In this document: positions 24,919 through 33,476 of the stretch, one piece after another
How positions within the stretch are numbered: position 1 is the stretch's first letter
Layout of the letters: the number at the start of each line of letters is the position of its first letter
Origin: an uncultured Clostridia bacterium
GTDB taxonomy: Bacteria; Bacillota; Clostridia; Oscillospirales; Acutalibacteraceae
DNA length: 52,385 nt
NCBI GenBank assembly: GCA_944384795.1
Contig: CALWUX010000111.1
Coordinates: 1-52,385 of the forward strand
Direction of reading: 5' to 3'
Notes under the pieces: generated by a model
The model's input: the letters and a program-made list of their open reading frames with translations, nothing else
Told to the model about the DNA's origin: nothing
Databases searched by the model: none
Made by a program: the position numbers and the translations under genes

Positions 24919-26604
24919 ATGAAATTTTCCCAAATGGAGTACAAACGTCCCGATGTGGAGGAAATGATTGACCGGTATAAAGACATTACGGCGCGCTTTC
25001 CCAACTGCAAAAGCGCAAAGGAGCAAATGCAGTGTATTTTGGAGCACGAAGCCATTATGAAAGCGTACCAGACCATGAGCACGCTGGCGTATATCCATAA
25101 CAGCGTCAACACTGCAGACGAATTTTACGCGCAGGAAAAGGCCTTTTTTAACGAGAAGTCTCCCGTTATGCAGGAGTATGAGCAGGCGTTTTTGCAAACA
25201 GTGTACGATTCTAAGTTCCGAAAGGAGCTGGAAAAAAGCCTGGGGCCTCTGTTTTTTGAGAATATTAAGGTCGCCCTGCGCGCTTTTTCGCCGGAGATCA
25301 TTCCTCTTTTACAGCAGGAAAACGAGCTGACAACGGAATACCAGAAGCTGCTGGCTTCGGCGGAAATAGAATTTGACGGCAAAAAGCTGAATCTTTCGAC
25401 TATTGCTGTTTATTTGCAGGATTTGGACAGGGGCGTGCGCAGACAGGCATGGGAAAAATGCGCCGCCTTTTTTCAGGAGCACCAGCAAAAGCTGGACGAA
25501 ATTTATGACCGGCTGGTCAAAAACAGAGACGAACAGGCGCGCAGGCTGGGCTATGCCAATTATATACAGCTGGGTTATGACCGCTTGGGCCGCAACTGCT
25601 ACCGTGCTTCTGACGTAAAGGTGTTCCGCGGCCAGGTCGTGCGGGATCTGGTGCCAGTAACGGTGGATATTCGCCGCCGGCAGGCGCAAAGGATAGGCCT
25701 GGAGGATATGAAGCTGCATGACACGGGTGTTTCGTTTACAGACGGCAACCCTAGGCCGAAGGGCGATACGCAGGCACTGATGGACGCGGCACAGCGTATG
25801 TATGATGAAATGAGCCCGCAGACTGCGGAATTTTTTGCATTTATGCGGGAGAATGAGCTGTTTGATTTGGAGAGTAAGCAAAACAAAGCGGGCGGCGGCT
25901 ATTGTACAGAGATACCGGATTACCGCGCCCCGTTTATTTTTTCTAATTTTAACGGTACTTCCGGCGATGTGGACGTGCTGACCCATGAGGCGGGCCATGC
26001 GTTTGCGGCCTATCTGGCGCGGGATATGGAGATTCGGGAAAACGTGGGTACTACCATGGAAACGGCGGAGGTGCATTCCATGACTATGGAGCTGTTGGCC
26101 CGCCCGTGGGCAGAGCTGTTTTTTGGAGAGGAAGCGGAAAAATTCCGTGTATTCCAGCTGGAATCCGCCTTGAATTTTATTCCTTACGGCTGTTTGGTCG
26201 ACGAGTTCCAGCACCAGGTGTATGAAAACCCGCAATTAACGCCGGAAGAGCGCAAAAAATTATGGCTGAAGCTGGAGAAAAAGTACCGTCCCTGGCTGGA
26301 TTTTGATAACCTGCCGTTTTTTAAAGACGGCGGCGGTTTTCAAAAACAGCACCATATTTACTGCTATCCGTTTTACTACATTGATTATTGCCTGGCGCAG
26401 ACTGTCGCGCTGGAATTTTGGGGCAGGGCCAATCAGGACTGGAAAAGCGCCTTTGAGGATTATTTGCATTTTGTGGGCGCCGCCGGCACAAAAAGCTTTG
26501 TACAGCTGATAGCGGATTCCCGTCTGGATTCCCCTTTTGAGGAAGGCTGTGTACAGGAAATCAGCGGCCGAGTTGCTGCGTATATGGAACAGCACCGTCT
26601 TTAA
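24919..26604 (+). CDS. pepF: oligoendopeptidase F family (M3B) metallopeptidase
   Basis: 561 aa with the HEAGHAF zinc motif in the expected position. AGGAGG RBS. Confidence 0.88.
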   Translation: MKFSQMEYKRPDVEEMIDRYKDITARFPNCKSAKEQMQCILEHEAIMKAYQTMSTLAYIHNSVNTADEFYAQEKAFFNEKSPVMQEYEQAFLQTVYDSKFRKELEKSLGPLFFENIKVALRAFSPEIIPLLQQENELTTEYQKLLASAEIEFDGKKLNLSTIAVYLQDLDRGVRRQAWEKCAAFFQEHQQKLDEIYDRLVKNRDEQARRLGYANYIQLGYDRLGRNCYRASDVKVFRGQVVRDLVPVTVDIRRRQAQRIGLEDMKLHDTGVSFTDGNPRPKGDTQALMDAAQRMYDEMSPQTAEFFAFMRENELFDLESKQNKAGGGYCTEIPDYRAPFIFSNFNGTSGDVDVLTHEAGHAFAAYLARDMEIRENVGTTMETAEVHSMTMELLARPWAELFFGEEAEKFRVFQLESALNFIPYGCLVDEFQHQVYENPQLTPEERKKLWLKLEKKYRPWLDFDNLPFFKDGGGFQKQHHIYCYPFYYIDYCLAQTVALEFWGRANQDWKSAFEDYLHFVGAAGTKSFVQLIADSRLDSPFEEGCVQEISGRVAAYMEQHRL

Positions 26605-28160
26605 GCTGCGGATTTAGAGCGGAAAATTTCTCTGATGCAGGTCACATCCTCTTTTTTAAAGCACCGGGTCACCCGCAGTAAAATATAATATCCAATGCCG
26701 GACAGGGTAAATTCCAGCAGTACGCAGCACCATAGGGGCAGGGCGGACGCAAACGGAAAATGCCGGAGCAAAGCACAGCAAAGAACGGCAATGCCGCCGC
26801 ATAAAATCGGTTTCACGATCCAGTCTAAAACCCGTATTTCCACCTGAGAGACCTTCAGCAGGCGGTGAATGCTCAGAGCGGCGTTAAAAATGGTGCTGAA
26901 AAATAAGATGCCCAAATAGCCGTTGACCCCCAAGTATGGGATCAAAAAATATACCAGCGCCACCCGCAGGGCGGAATCCGCGAAATTATAGCGCATGGAA
27001 GCAATCTGCTGGTCCAGTCCTTTTAAAATGCCGTCGACTACGCTGTCCAAGTAAAGCAGCGGAATCAGCGGCGCAAGGAAACGAATCAGCCGTCCCGCTT
27101 CTTCGCTTTGGTAAAAGGTGCGGCCTAAATCGTCTGCAAACACCAAAAAGCAGGCGGAAATAAAGAACGAGAACAGCAGGGTCAATTGCATGGAACGGGC
27201 AGTGACCCTGCTGATGGTTTTTTGATGGCCCGCCGCGTTTGCCTGCGCCATTTCTGGAACCAAAAGGGAGGAAAACGCCATTAAAAATGCGGAGGGAAAC
27301 AAGAGCAGAGGCAGGACCATGCCGTGTATCATGCCGTAATTGCCCAGAGAGACCTCTGTACTTGCGCCGTGCTTTTTAAAGCCGATGGGAATCAATATGT
27401 TCTCAACGGTGACAAGACCGTTGCGCAGCAGGGAGCCGAACATGATGGGCAGTTCAATGTGGAGCATATCCTGCAGCGCCTTGCGGAATGTATATTGAAA
27501 TTTATTGCCGGGGGTATCCTGCAGTTTGATTTTATCCCGGATAAAAAAGAAAAATGTGTAGGTGCAGGAAGCGACCTCGCCCAAAGTAGAACCGAGCATA
27601 ACGGCCGCGCAGGCATATTCCAGCCCCTGCGGCGCAAGGAACGTGAACAGGCATACTACCGCCCCAATGGTGACAAATTGCTCCAAAAGCTCTCCGGACG
27701 CGGTTTTTGTTACGTTCCGCATGGCGTTGAAGTAGCCTTTTAAACAGGCGCAGGCGGACATAAGCGGCAGGCCGGGCGCCAGTATTTTTAAAGAGAGGGT
27801 CACGCGTGCGTCCCCCAGCCATTGGACGGCGATAAAACCGGAGGAAAAATACAGCATGACCATGGCAAGCAGGCTTATCAGCAATGCGAAAACCAGGCAT
27901 TTGCGCACTGCGCGCTTAGCCTGTGAGGGCGCGCCCTTTGCGATGGTATCTGTTACAATGCGTGTAACGGCAAGGCTGATGCCAGAAGTGGAAACCGTAA
28001 TGGCCAATATAAAAACAGACATGACCAGCTGGTACAGCCCCATACCCGCCACGCCGATTTTTGACGACAGATATGTGCGGTACCCGATGCCGCTTGCCCG
28101 CATAATAAGCGAGGAGGCTGTCAGAATCATCGCGTTGAAAAAGAATACCCTTTTTTTCAT
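26601..28160 (-). CDS. spoVB: stage V sporulation protein B-type MOP-superfamily flippase (SpoVB/MurJ-like)
   Basis: 519 aa polytopic membrane protein. The N-terminus ...RASGIGYRTYLSSKIGVAGMGLYQLV... matches the SpoVB family pattern. Confidence 0.75.
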   Translation of the reverse strand: MKKRVFFFNAMILTASSLIMRASGIGYRTYLSSKIGVAGMGLYQLVMSVFILAITVSTSGISLAVTRIVTDTIAKGAPSQAKRAVRKCLVFALLISLLAMVMLYFSSGFIAVQWLGDARVTLSLKILAPGLPLMSACACLKGYFNAMRNVTKTASGELLEQFVTIGAVVCLFTFLAPQGLEYACAAVMLGSTLGEVASCTYTFFFFIRDKIKLQDTPGNKFQYTFRKALQDMLHIELPIMFGSLLRNGLVTVENILIPIGFKKHGASTEVSLGNYGMIHGMVLPLLLFPSAFLMAFSSLLVPEMAQANAAGHQKTISRVTARSMQLTLLFSFFISACFLVFADDLGRTFYQSEEAGRLIRFLAPLIPLLYLDSVVDGILKGLDQQIASMRYNFADSALRVALVYFLIPYLGVNGYLGILFFSTIFNAALSIHRLLKVSQVEIRVLDWIVKPILCGGIAVLCCALLRHFPFASALPLWCCVLLEFTLSGIGYYILLRVTRCFKKEDVTCIREIFRSKSAA

Positions 28161-28181
28161 ACCACAACCCCATTTAAAATG

Positions 28182-28210
28182 TTTTCCTTTGAGTATATGT
28201 CAGCAGTGGA
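28182..28210 (-). promoter_or_regulatory. possible sigma-E type sporulation promoter for spoVB
   Basis: On the minus strand, TCATGTT is followed by 14 nt and CATATACT. The Bacillus sigma-E consensus is roughly TCATATT, 14 nt, CATACAnT. This rests on sequence resemblance only. Confidence 0.3.
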
Positions 28211-28282
28211 CAGAACATGAAACAGACAAGGGGCGTTTTTTTCCTTTTGGGCGGCCGCTGGGACGCAAAGCAATATATTAGG

Positions 28283-28311
28283 TTGTATTGCGGCGGTATT
28301 TGTTGTATAAT
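28283..28311 (+). promoter_or_regulatory. sigma-A type promoter for prmA-dcd
   Basis: TTGTAT, a 17-nt spacer, then TATAAT. Confidence 0.5.
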
Positions 28312-28347
28312 AAAGCATTATAATATTCCAAAACCATGGAGGAACGT

Positions 28348-29265
28348 ATGGATTGGACGGAAATTGCCATCACCGTGCCGGTAGAAGATGTGGACCGTGC
28401 GGGAGACATCGCGCAAATGGTAGTGCCCTATGGCATTTATATTGAGGATTATTCCAATTTGGAGCAGGAAGCATGGGAAATCGCGCATATTGATTTGATT
28501 GATGAAGCGCTGTTGAACAAGGACCGTACCAAGGGAATCATCCACGTGTATATCAGTCCGGAGGAAAATCCGGCGGAGGCTGTTTCCTTTTTGCGGGAGC
28601 GCTATACCGCCGAGGAGATACCCTTTACCATGGAAACCGCAGACTGCGCAATGGAAGACTGGTTGAATAACTGGAAAAAATATTTTAAACCGATCCCTGT
28701 GGGGGAGTCTTTGCTGATTCGTCCTGTTTGGGAAGAGGCATGCGATGCAGGCGTCAGAAAAATACTGCACCTGGAGCCGGGGCTGGCTTTCGGCACAGGT
28801 ACGCATGAAACGACCCGTTTATGCATGGAACTGCTGGAGCGGTATATAAAGCCGGATATGGATGTACTGGACGTAGGCTGCGGCAGCGGTATTTTATCTG
28901 TTGCGGCGCTGCTGCTGGGAGCCAAATCCGCAATGGGCGTGGACATAGATGCGCTTGCAGTAAAAACAGCGGCGGAAAACGCGGCGCTCAACCATGTGGC
29001 GGACAGATTTACTGCCGCAGCGGGTAATTTAACGGAGCAAATCAGCGGTAAATTCCACATTGTGCTGGCAAACATTGTTGCGGATGTGATTATGGTATTG
29101 ACAGAGGATATTGAGCGGTATTTATACCCGGATTCCATTTACATTATGAGCGGGATCATTGATACTCGTGAACAGGATGTGATAGAGGCGCTCAGTGAGA
29201 AATTCCGGGTAATAGAGCGCAGGGAAGAAAAGGGCTGGGTCGCGCTGGCGGCTCAATTAAAATGA
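28348..29265 (+). CDS. prmA: ribosomal protein L11 methyltransferase
   Basis: MDWTEIAITV...LEPGLAFGTGTHETT...LDVGCGSGIL. The ATG at 28348 has GGAGGA 5 nt upstream. Confidence 0.93.
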   Translation: MDWTEIAITVPVEDVDRAGDIAQMVVPYGIYIEDYSNLEQEAWEIAHIDLIDEALLNKDRTKGIIHVYISPEENPAEAVSFLRERYTAEEIPFTMETADCAMEDWLNNWKKYFKPIPVGESLLIRPVWEEACDAGVRKILHLEPGLAFGTGTHETTRLCMELLERYIKPDMDVLDVGCGSGILSVAALLLGAKSAMGVDIDALAVKTAAENAALNHVADRFTAAAGNLTEQISGKFHIVLANIVADVIMVLTEDIERYLYPDSIYIMSGIIDTREQDVIEALSEKFRVIERREEKGWVALAAQLK

Positions 29266-29280
29266 CAAGGGGACAGACAT

Positions 29281-29808
29281 ATGATATTATCAGGACGTGA
29301 AATAGAGCGTGCAATAGGGACGGATATTATTATTGAACCGTTTGAGCGCAGCAGGATCAATCCCAACAGCTATAACCTGACCCTGCACAATGAGCTGCTG
29401 GTATATGAAAACGAAATACTGGATATGAAAAAGCCGAATCCCACGAAAAAGCTGGTAATACCAAAAGAGGGGCTTTTGCTGGAGCCTAATAAGCTGTATT
29501 TGGGCAGAACAAAGGAGTTTACAACCACCAGCAAATATGTGCCCATGCTGGAGGGGCGTTCTTCTACAGGGCGCCTGGGGCTTTGTATTCACGTAACGGC
29601 GGGGTTTGGCGACATTGGCTTTGCAGGCTACTGGACGCTGGAGATATACTGTATCCACCCGCTGATCATTTATCCTGATATTGAAGTGTGTCAGATTTAT
29701 TACCATACCATTAAAGGGGATTATGATTTATACAGCAGCGGGAAGTATCAGAATAACACGGGAATCCAGCCCAGCTTAATGTATAAGGATTTTGAAAAGC
29801 AGGTTTAG
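29281..29808 (+). CDS. dcd: dCTP deaminase
   Basis: 175 aa: MILSGREIE...INPNSYNLTL...LEGRSSTGRLG... Confidence 0.92.
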   Translation: MILSGREIERAIGTDIIIEPFERSRINPNSYNLTLHNELLVYENEILDMKKPNPTKKLVIPKEGLLLEPNKLYLGRTKEFTTTSKYVPMLEGRSSTGRLGLCIHVTAGFGDIGFAGYWTLEIYCIHPLIIYPDIEVCQIYYHTIKGDYDLYSSGKYQNNTGIQPSLMYKDFEKQV

Positions 29809-30026
29809 CCTGCACCCTGTACAATGAATTGTTGAATTTCATTTTGTTGATACTGCTCTGCTTTTGGTACGCAGGAAATAGCAGTTTGCAGTCAGGCGGG
29901 AGCGGCCATGTAAGCTTCCGTACATATAAGGGTGGCGGAAGAAGGATATGAAAGCGTGTGCGGATAGGGGTGCGTGTTTTCTGTGACCCAATGTTCCGAT
30001 ATGACAATGGATATGATTTGCATATT

Positions 30027-30061
30027 AAAAAAGGCGGGCGTTTTTAACGCCCGCCTTTTTG
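30027..30061. terminator. bidirectional intrinsic terminator (pheA, and possibly dcd)
   Basis: AAAAAAGGCGGGCGTT-TT-AACGCCCGCCTTTTT is a GC-rich stem flanked by A and T runs. Confidence 0.8.
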
Positions 30062-30068
30062 CGAAGTT

Positions 30069-31256
30069 TTAAAAAGTTTCTGCTTCTTCTTTTGGGTCGT
30101 CTTCCACATAGTTGCCCAAAAACGAGAAATTGGGCAGCTCCTGAGATAACGCGCACAATAAATCCAAGGTGCCGCTGTGGTGTACATTACCGGTAAAATC
30201 CAGATAAAAATTGTATTTAAAATCCCCGTTATTTCCTTCTTTTAAAGGACGGGACTCTATTTTTGTCAGGTTTAAGCCGGACATTGCAAAACGTGCAAGC
30301 ACATTGTACAGTGAGCCTGTGGTGTGGGGCAGGGAAAAACACAGGCTGATTTTTTCCGCGTTTTGCGGAATAATCATTTTTTTGCTCAATGCCGCAAAAC
30401 GGGTGCGGTTTTGGTTGTTGTTCTGAATGTCTGTTTGCAATACCTGCAGTCCGTACATTTTAGCGGCAATGGCAGAACAAATGGCGGCCGCGTCTGTTAC
30501 GCCGTTTTCCTTGTCCATTTTGGCAAGCATTTTAGCAGCGACCGCTGTATTGCTGTGCTGTATGGACTTCCAGTTGTGGGCGCAGATCATGTCTGAGCAT
30601 TGTGCCAGTGCCTGGGGGTGGGAATATACGGTGCGGATATTTTCCACCGTTACGCCGTCAGGCGCCGCCAGGCAATGGTGTACGTGCAGTGTGGTGGAGC
30701 CCACGATGCTGAAACGATAGTTTAAAATCAAATCGTAGACTTCTGCAACAGAACCGGCAGAGGAGTTTTCTACCGGCAGCAGGCCAAAATCCACCGTTTC
30801 GTTTTCCAGTGCCTCGAATACGTCTTTAAAGTTTTCGTAAGGGTACACGCTGCAATCCGGAAATAAAAACGTGGCTGCCGCGTGGGAAAAAGAGCCCGGC
30901 ACGCCCTGAAACGCAATTTTTTTCCCAAACGAGACTTCTCTTAAAGAGGTTTCGCTGTGCATGACGGATTGGATTTGACAGCGCAGCTCCGTGCCGCTGT
31001 TGAGCAGCTTATGCTGGCGGGAACGGTTCAGTGCCATCAGCGTGGTATACAGCATTTTTGCTTCCGGTGCAAAATCGCCTGCATTTTGAGCTACCCGCGC
31101 CAGAATCTCGTTTTCGCGCTGCGCGTTAAAAACGGGCAGGTTCTGCTTATGCTTTTCTTTGGCGACCTCACTGGCGCATTCCATACGTTCAATAAATAAC
31201 GGAAGCAGCTGTTTATCTATGGCGTCTATGCGCTTTCTAATATCCTCTAAGCTCAT
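30069..31256 (-). CDS. pheA: bifunctional chorismate mutase / prephenate dehydratase (P-protein)
   Basis: The N-terminal CM domain (LEDIRKRIDAIDKQLLPLFIERM) is followed by a PDT domain (IAFQGVPGSFSH, TRF) and a C-terminal ACT domain (GSLYNVL..ESRP). The start is either the ATG at 31256 or at 31289; neither has a strong RBS. Confidence 0.88.
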   Translation of the reverse strand: MSLEDIRKRIDAIDKQLLPLFIERMECASEVAKEKHKQNLPVFNAQRENEILARVAQNAGDFAPEAKMLYTTLMALNRSRQHKLLNSGTELRCQIQSVMHSETSLREVSFGKKIAFQGVPGSFSHAAATFLFPDCSVYPYENFKDVFEALENETVDFGLLPVENSSAGSVAEVYDLILNYRFSIVGSTTLHVHHCLAAPDGVTVENIRTVYSHPQALAQCSDMICAHNWKSIQHSNTAVAAKMLAKMDKENGVTDAAAICSAIAAKMYGLQVLQTDIQNNNQNRTRFAALSKKMIIPQNAEKISLCFSLPHTTGSLYNVLARFAMSGLNLTKIESRPLKEGNNGDFKYNFYLDFTGNVHHSGTLDLLCALSQELPNFSFLGNYVEDDPKEEAETF

Positions 31257-31351
31257 GAAAATACACTCTTTTCCTGTAAAAGTTTCCATATGTAAAAGAA
31301 TTGGTTTTTGTAAAAGAAACCGTCTTTTTTAAAATAAATTTTATTTTCGTA

Positions 31352-31380
31352 TTGACAAACCGTGTATTTGCTAATAATAT
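31352..31380 (+). promoter_or_regulatory. strong sigma-A type promoter upstream of acpP
   Basis: TTGACA, a 17-nt spacer, then TAATAT. Confidence 0.6.
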
Positions 31381-31511
31381 GTGCATATGGGAGAACGACC
31401 GAATGGGTACGGAAGTTCTCAACGTGGAAATTGTAACATACTTTGTGTTGCTTTGTCCATATTGCGAGCAGCTTGATACAAAAACAAATTTTTCTGGGAG
31501 GAGAATGTATC

Positions 31512-31742
31512 ATGGTATTTGAGAAAGTAAAAGCCATTTTAAGCGAACAATTTGATGTTGAAGAGGATACGATCACGATGGAATCCAATATTGCCGAGGA
31601 TCTGGGCGCGGATTCTCTGGACGTGGTGGATCTGCTCATGTCCATTGAGGACGAGTTTGAGATCGAGATTCCTGACAGCGAAATTGAAAATGTAAAAACA
31701 GTCGGTGATCTTGTAAAATACATTGAAGCTCACAAAGCCTGA
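31512..31742 (+). CDS. acpP: acyl carrier protein
   Basis: 76 aa: MVFEKVKAILSEQFDVEEDTITMESNIAEDLGADSLDVVDLLMSIEDEFEIEI, with the phosphopantetheine attachment motif GADSLD. GGGAGGAG RBS. The track ORF start at 31443 is an upstream extension. Confidence 0.93.
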   Translation: MVFEKVKAILSEQFDVEEDTITMESNIAEDLGADSLDVVDLLMSIEDEFEIEIPDSEIENVKTVGDLVKYIEAHKA

Positions 31743-31778
31743 TCAACCGGCCGGTTTTGGCATAAATAGTAGGACAAA

Positions 31779-31812
31779 GGCGCACCATGCGGAATATGGC
31801 GCGCTTTTTTTG
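31779..31812 (+). terminator. intrinsic terminator after acpP
   Basis: GGCGCACCAT-gcgga-ATATGGCGCGC (imperfect stem) followed by TTTTTTT. Confidence 0.6.
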
Positions 31813-31864
31813 TTGGATTTGCCCGCGGCGACACCCGGAAAGGGGCGCGGGTAAAATTTTTTCA

Positions 31865-31893
31865 TTGAAATACAGGCCTGTTGCCGATATAAT
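31865..31893 (+). promoter_or_regulatory. sigma-A type promoter for proS
   Basis: TTGAAA, a 17-nt spacer, then TATAAT. Confidence 0.6.
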
Positions 31894-31954
31894 ATATATT
31901 AAGTATGCAAAATCACTGATTGCAATATCAAAGTGGATTTAGGAGATTAAGGTT

Positions 31955-33400
31955 ATGTCAGAGCAAAAAGGAAACAAAAAAATGGTGGAAGCCATTACTC
32001 CCATGGAGGAGGACTTTGCCAAATGGTATACGGACATTGTGAAAAAAGCGGAGCTGATGGACTATACCAATGTGCGCGGCTGCATGGTCATTCAGCCTTA
32101 CGGGTTCGCCATTTGGGAGAATATCCAGCGGATACTGGATACGGCGTTTAAAGAGCTGGGTCACGAAAATATTTCTCTGCCTCTGTTTATTCCGGAAAGC
32201 CTGCTGCAAAAGGAAAAAGACCACGTGGAGGGATTTGCCCCTGAGGTAGCCTGGGTCACCCAGTGCGGCGACGAGGTGCTGCAGGAAAGAATGTGCGTGC
32301 GTCCCACCTCCGAAACACTGTTCTGCGATTATTACGCAAAGGTGATCCATTCTTACAGGGATTTGCCCATGCTGTATAACCAATGGTGCTCCGTAGTGCG
32401 CTGGGAAAAAACCACCCGTCCGTTTTTACGCTCTGTTGAGTTCCACTGGCAGGAAGGCCACACCATGCACGAAACACAGCAGGACGCTATGGCGGAAACG
32501 GAGCAAATGCTCAATGTTTACGCGGATTTTTGTGAGAATCAGCTGGCGATCCCGGTTATCAAAGGCCGCAAAACAGATAAGGAGAAATTTTCCGGCGCGG
32601 AGGCTACCTATACCATTGAAGCCATGATGCACGACGGAAAAGCATTGCAGTCCGGTACCAGCCATTACTTTGGGGACGGCTTTGCCAAGGTGTTTGACAT
32701 TACGTTTCAGGACAGGAACAACCAGCCCAGCCACCCGTTCCAGACCTCGTGGGGTATGTCCACCCGGATCATCGGCGGCATTATTATGACCCACGGGGAC
32801 AACAACGGCCTTGTATTGCCGCCGGCCATTGCGCCTATTCAGGTTATGATCGTTCCCATTGCCCAGCACAAGGAAGGTGTGCTGGAGAAAGCGTATGCGT
32901 TAAGAGACAGGCTGAAAAAGGTGTTCCGGGTCAAGGTCGACGACTCCGAGCAAAGCCCCGGCTGGAAATTTGCCCAGTATGAAATGAAAGGCGTTCCTCT
33001 GCGGCTGGAGATTGGTCCAAAAGACATAGAGCAGAACCAGTGTGTACTGGTAAGAAGACATGACCGGGAAAAAATCTTTGTGCATTTAGACGATTTGGAG
33101 CAAGCTGTTACCGAACAATTGGAAGCGGTACGCAAAGGCATTTACGAAAAAGCGCTCCGGCGCCGTCAGGAGATGACCTATATTGCTGCCGATTTTGATG
33201 AAATGAAGGATATTGCGGAAAACAAGCCCGGCTTTATCAAAGCCATGTGGTGCGGAGATTTGGCATGCGAGGAAAAAATCAGGGAAGAGGCGGGGTTATC
33301 CTCCCGCTGTATCCCCTTTGTGCAGGAGCAGATTGCAGATAGCTGCATATGCTGCGGCAAGCCTGCAAAATCTATGGTGTATTGGGGTAAATCTTATTAA
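31955..33400 (+). CDS. proS: proline--tRNA ligase (archaeal/eukaryotic-like type, no INS editing domain)
   Basis: 481 aa starting ...[33 protein letters not shown]... It has class II motifs, and the C-terminal CxxC (CICCGK) ending in Y is typical of this ProRS type. Confidence 0.93.
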   Translation: MSEQKGNKKMVEAITPMEEDFAKWYTDIVKKAELMDYTNVRGCMVIQPYGFAIWENIQRILDTAFKELGHENISLPLFIPESLLQKEKDHVEGFAPEVAWVTQCGDEVLQERMCVRPTSETLFCDYYAKVIHSYRDLPMLYNQWCSVVRWEKTTRPFLRSVEFHWQEGHTMHETQQDAMAETEQMLNVYADFCENQLAIPVIKGRKTDKEKFSGAEATYTIEAMMHDGKALQSGTSHYFGDGFAKVFDITFQDRNNQPSHPFQTSWGMSTRIIGGIIMTHGDNNGLVLPPAIAPIQVMIVPIAQHKEGVLEKAYALRDRLKKVFRVKVDDSEQSPGWKFAQYEMKGVPLRLEIGPKDIEQNQCVLVRRHDREKIFVHLDDLEQAVTEQLEAVRKGIYEKALRRRQEMTYIAADFDEMKDIAENKPGFIKAMWCGDLACEEKIREEAGLSSRCIPFVQEQIADSCICCGKPAKSMVYWGKSY

Positions 33401-33476
33401 CAAGCAAATGAATCCATAAATGACACAGATACAATAAAATAAGCACTCCATCTATACACTGCGACAGAATGGAGGA

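Noticed and set aside
29711-30007. A 98-aa minus-strand ORF spanning the dcd 3' end and the downstream spacer.
   Set aside because: It overlaps dcd by about 100 nt and has no RBS. The proline-rich, odd sequence lies upstream of, not after, the pheA-side terminator.
31253-31723. A 156-aa minus-strand ORF and a 73-aa plus-strand ORF (31301-31522) across the pheA-acpP spacer.
   Set aside because: The minus-strand ORF is antisense to acpP and its promoter, with an AT-rich, Ser/Phe/Ile low-complexity composition. The plus-strand ORF begins upstream of the predicted promoter and ends just inside acpP in another frame.
31813-31954. A T-box leader upstream of proS, and likewise upstream of pheA at 31257-31350.
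   Set aside because: The spacers are too short, about 60 nt of leader after the predicted proS promoter. I see no T-box sequence of the AGGGTGGTACCGCG type, no specifier-loop architecture and no terminator/antiterminator pair.
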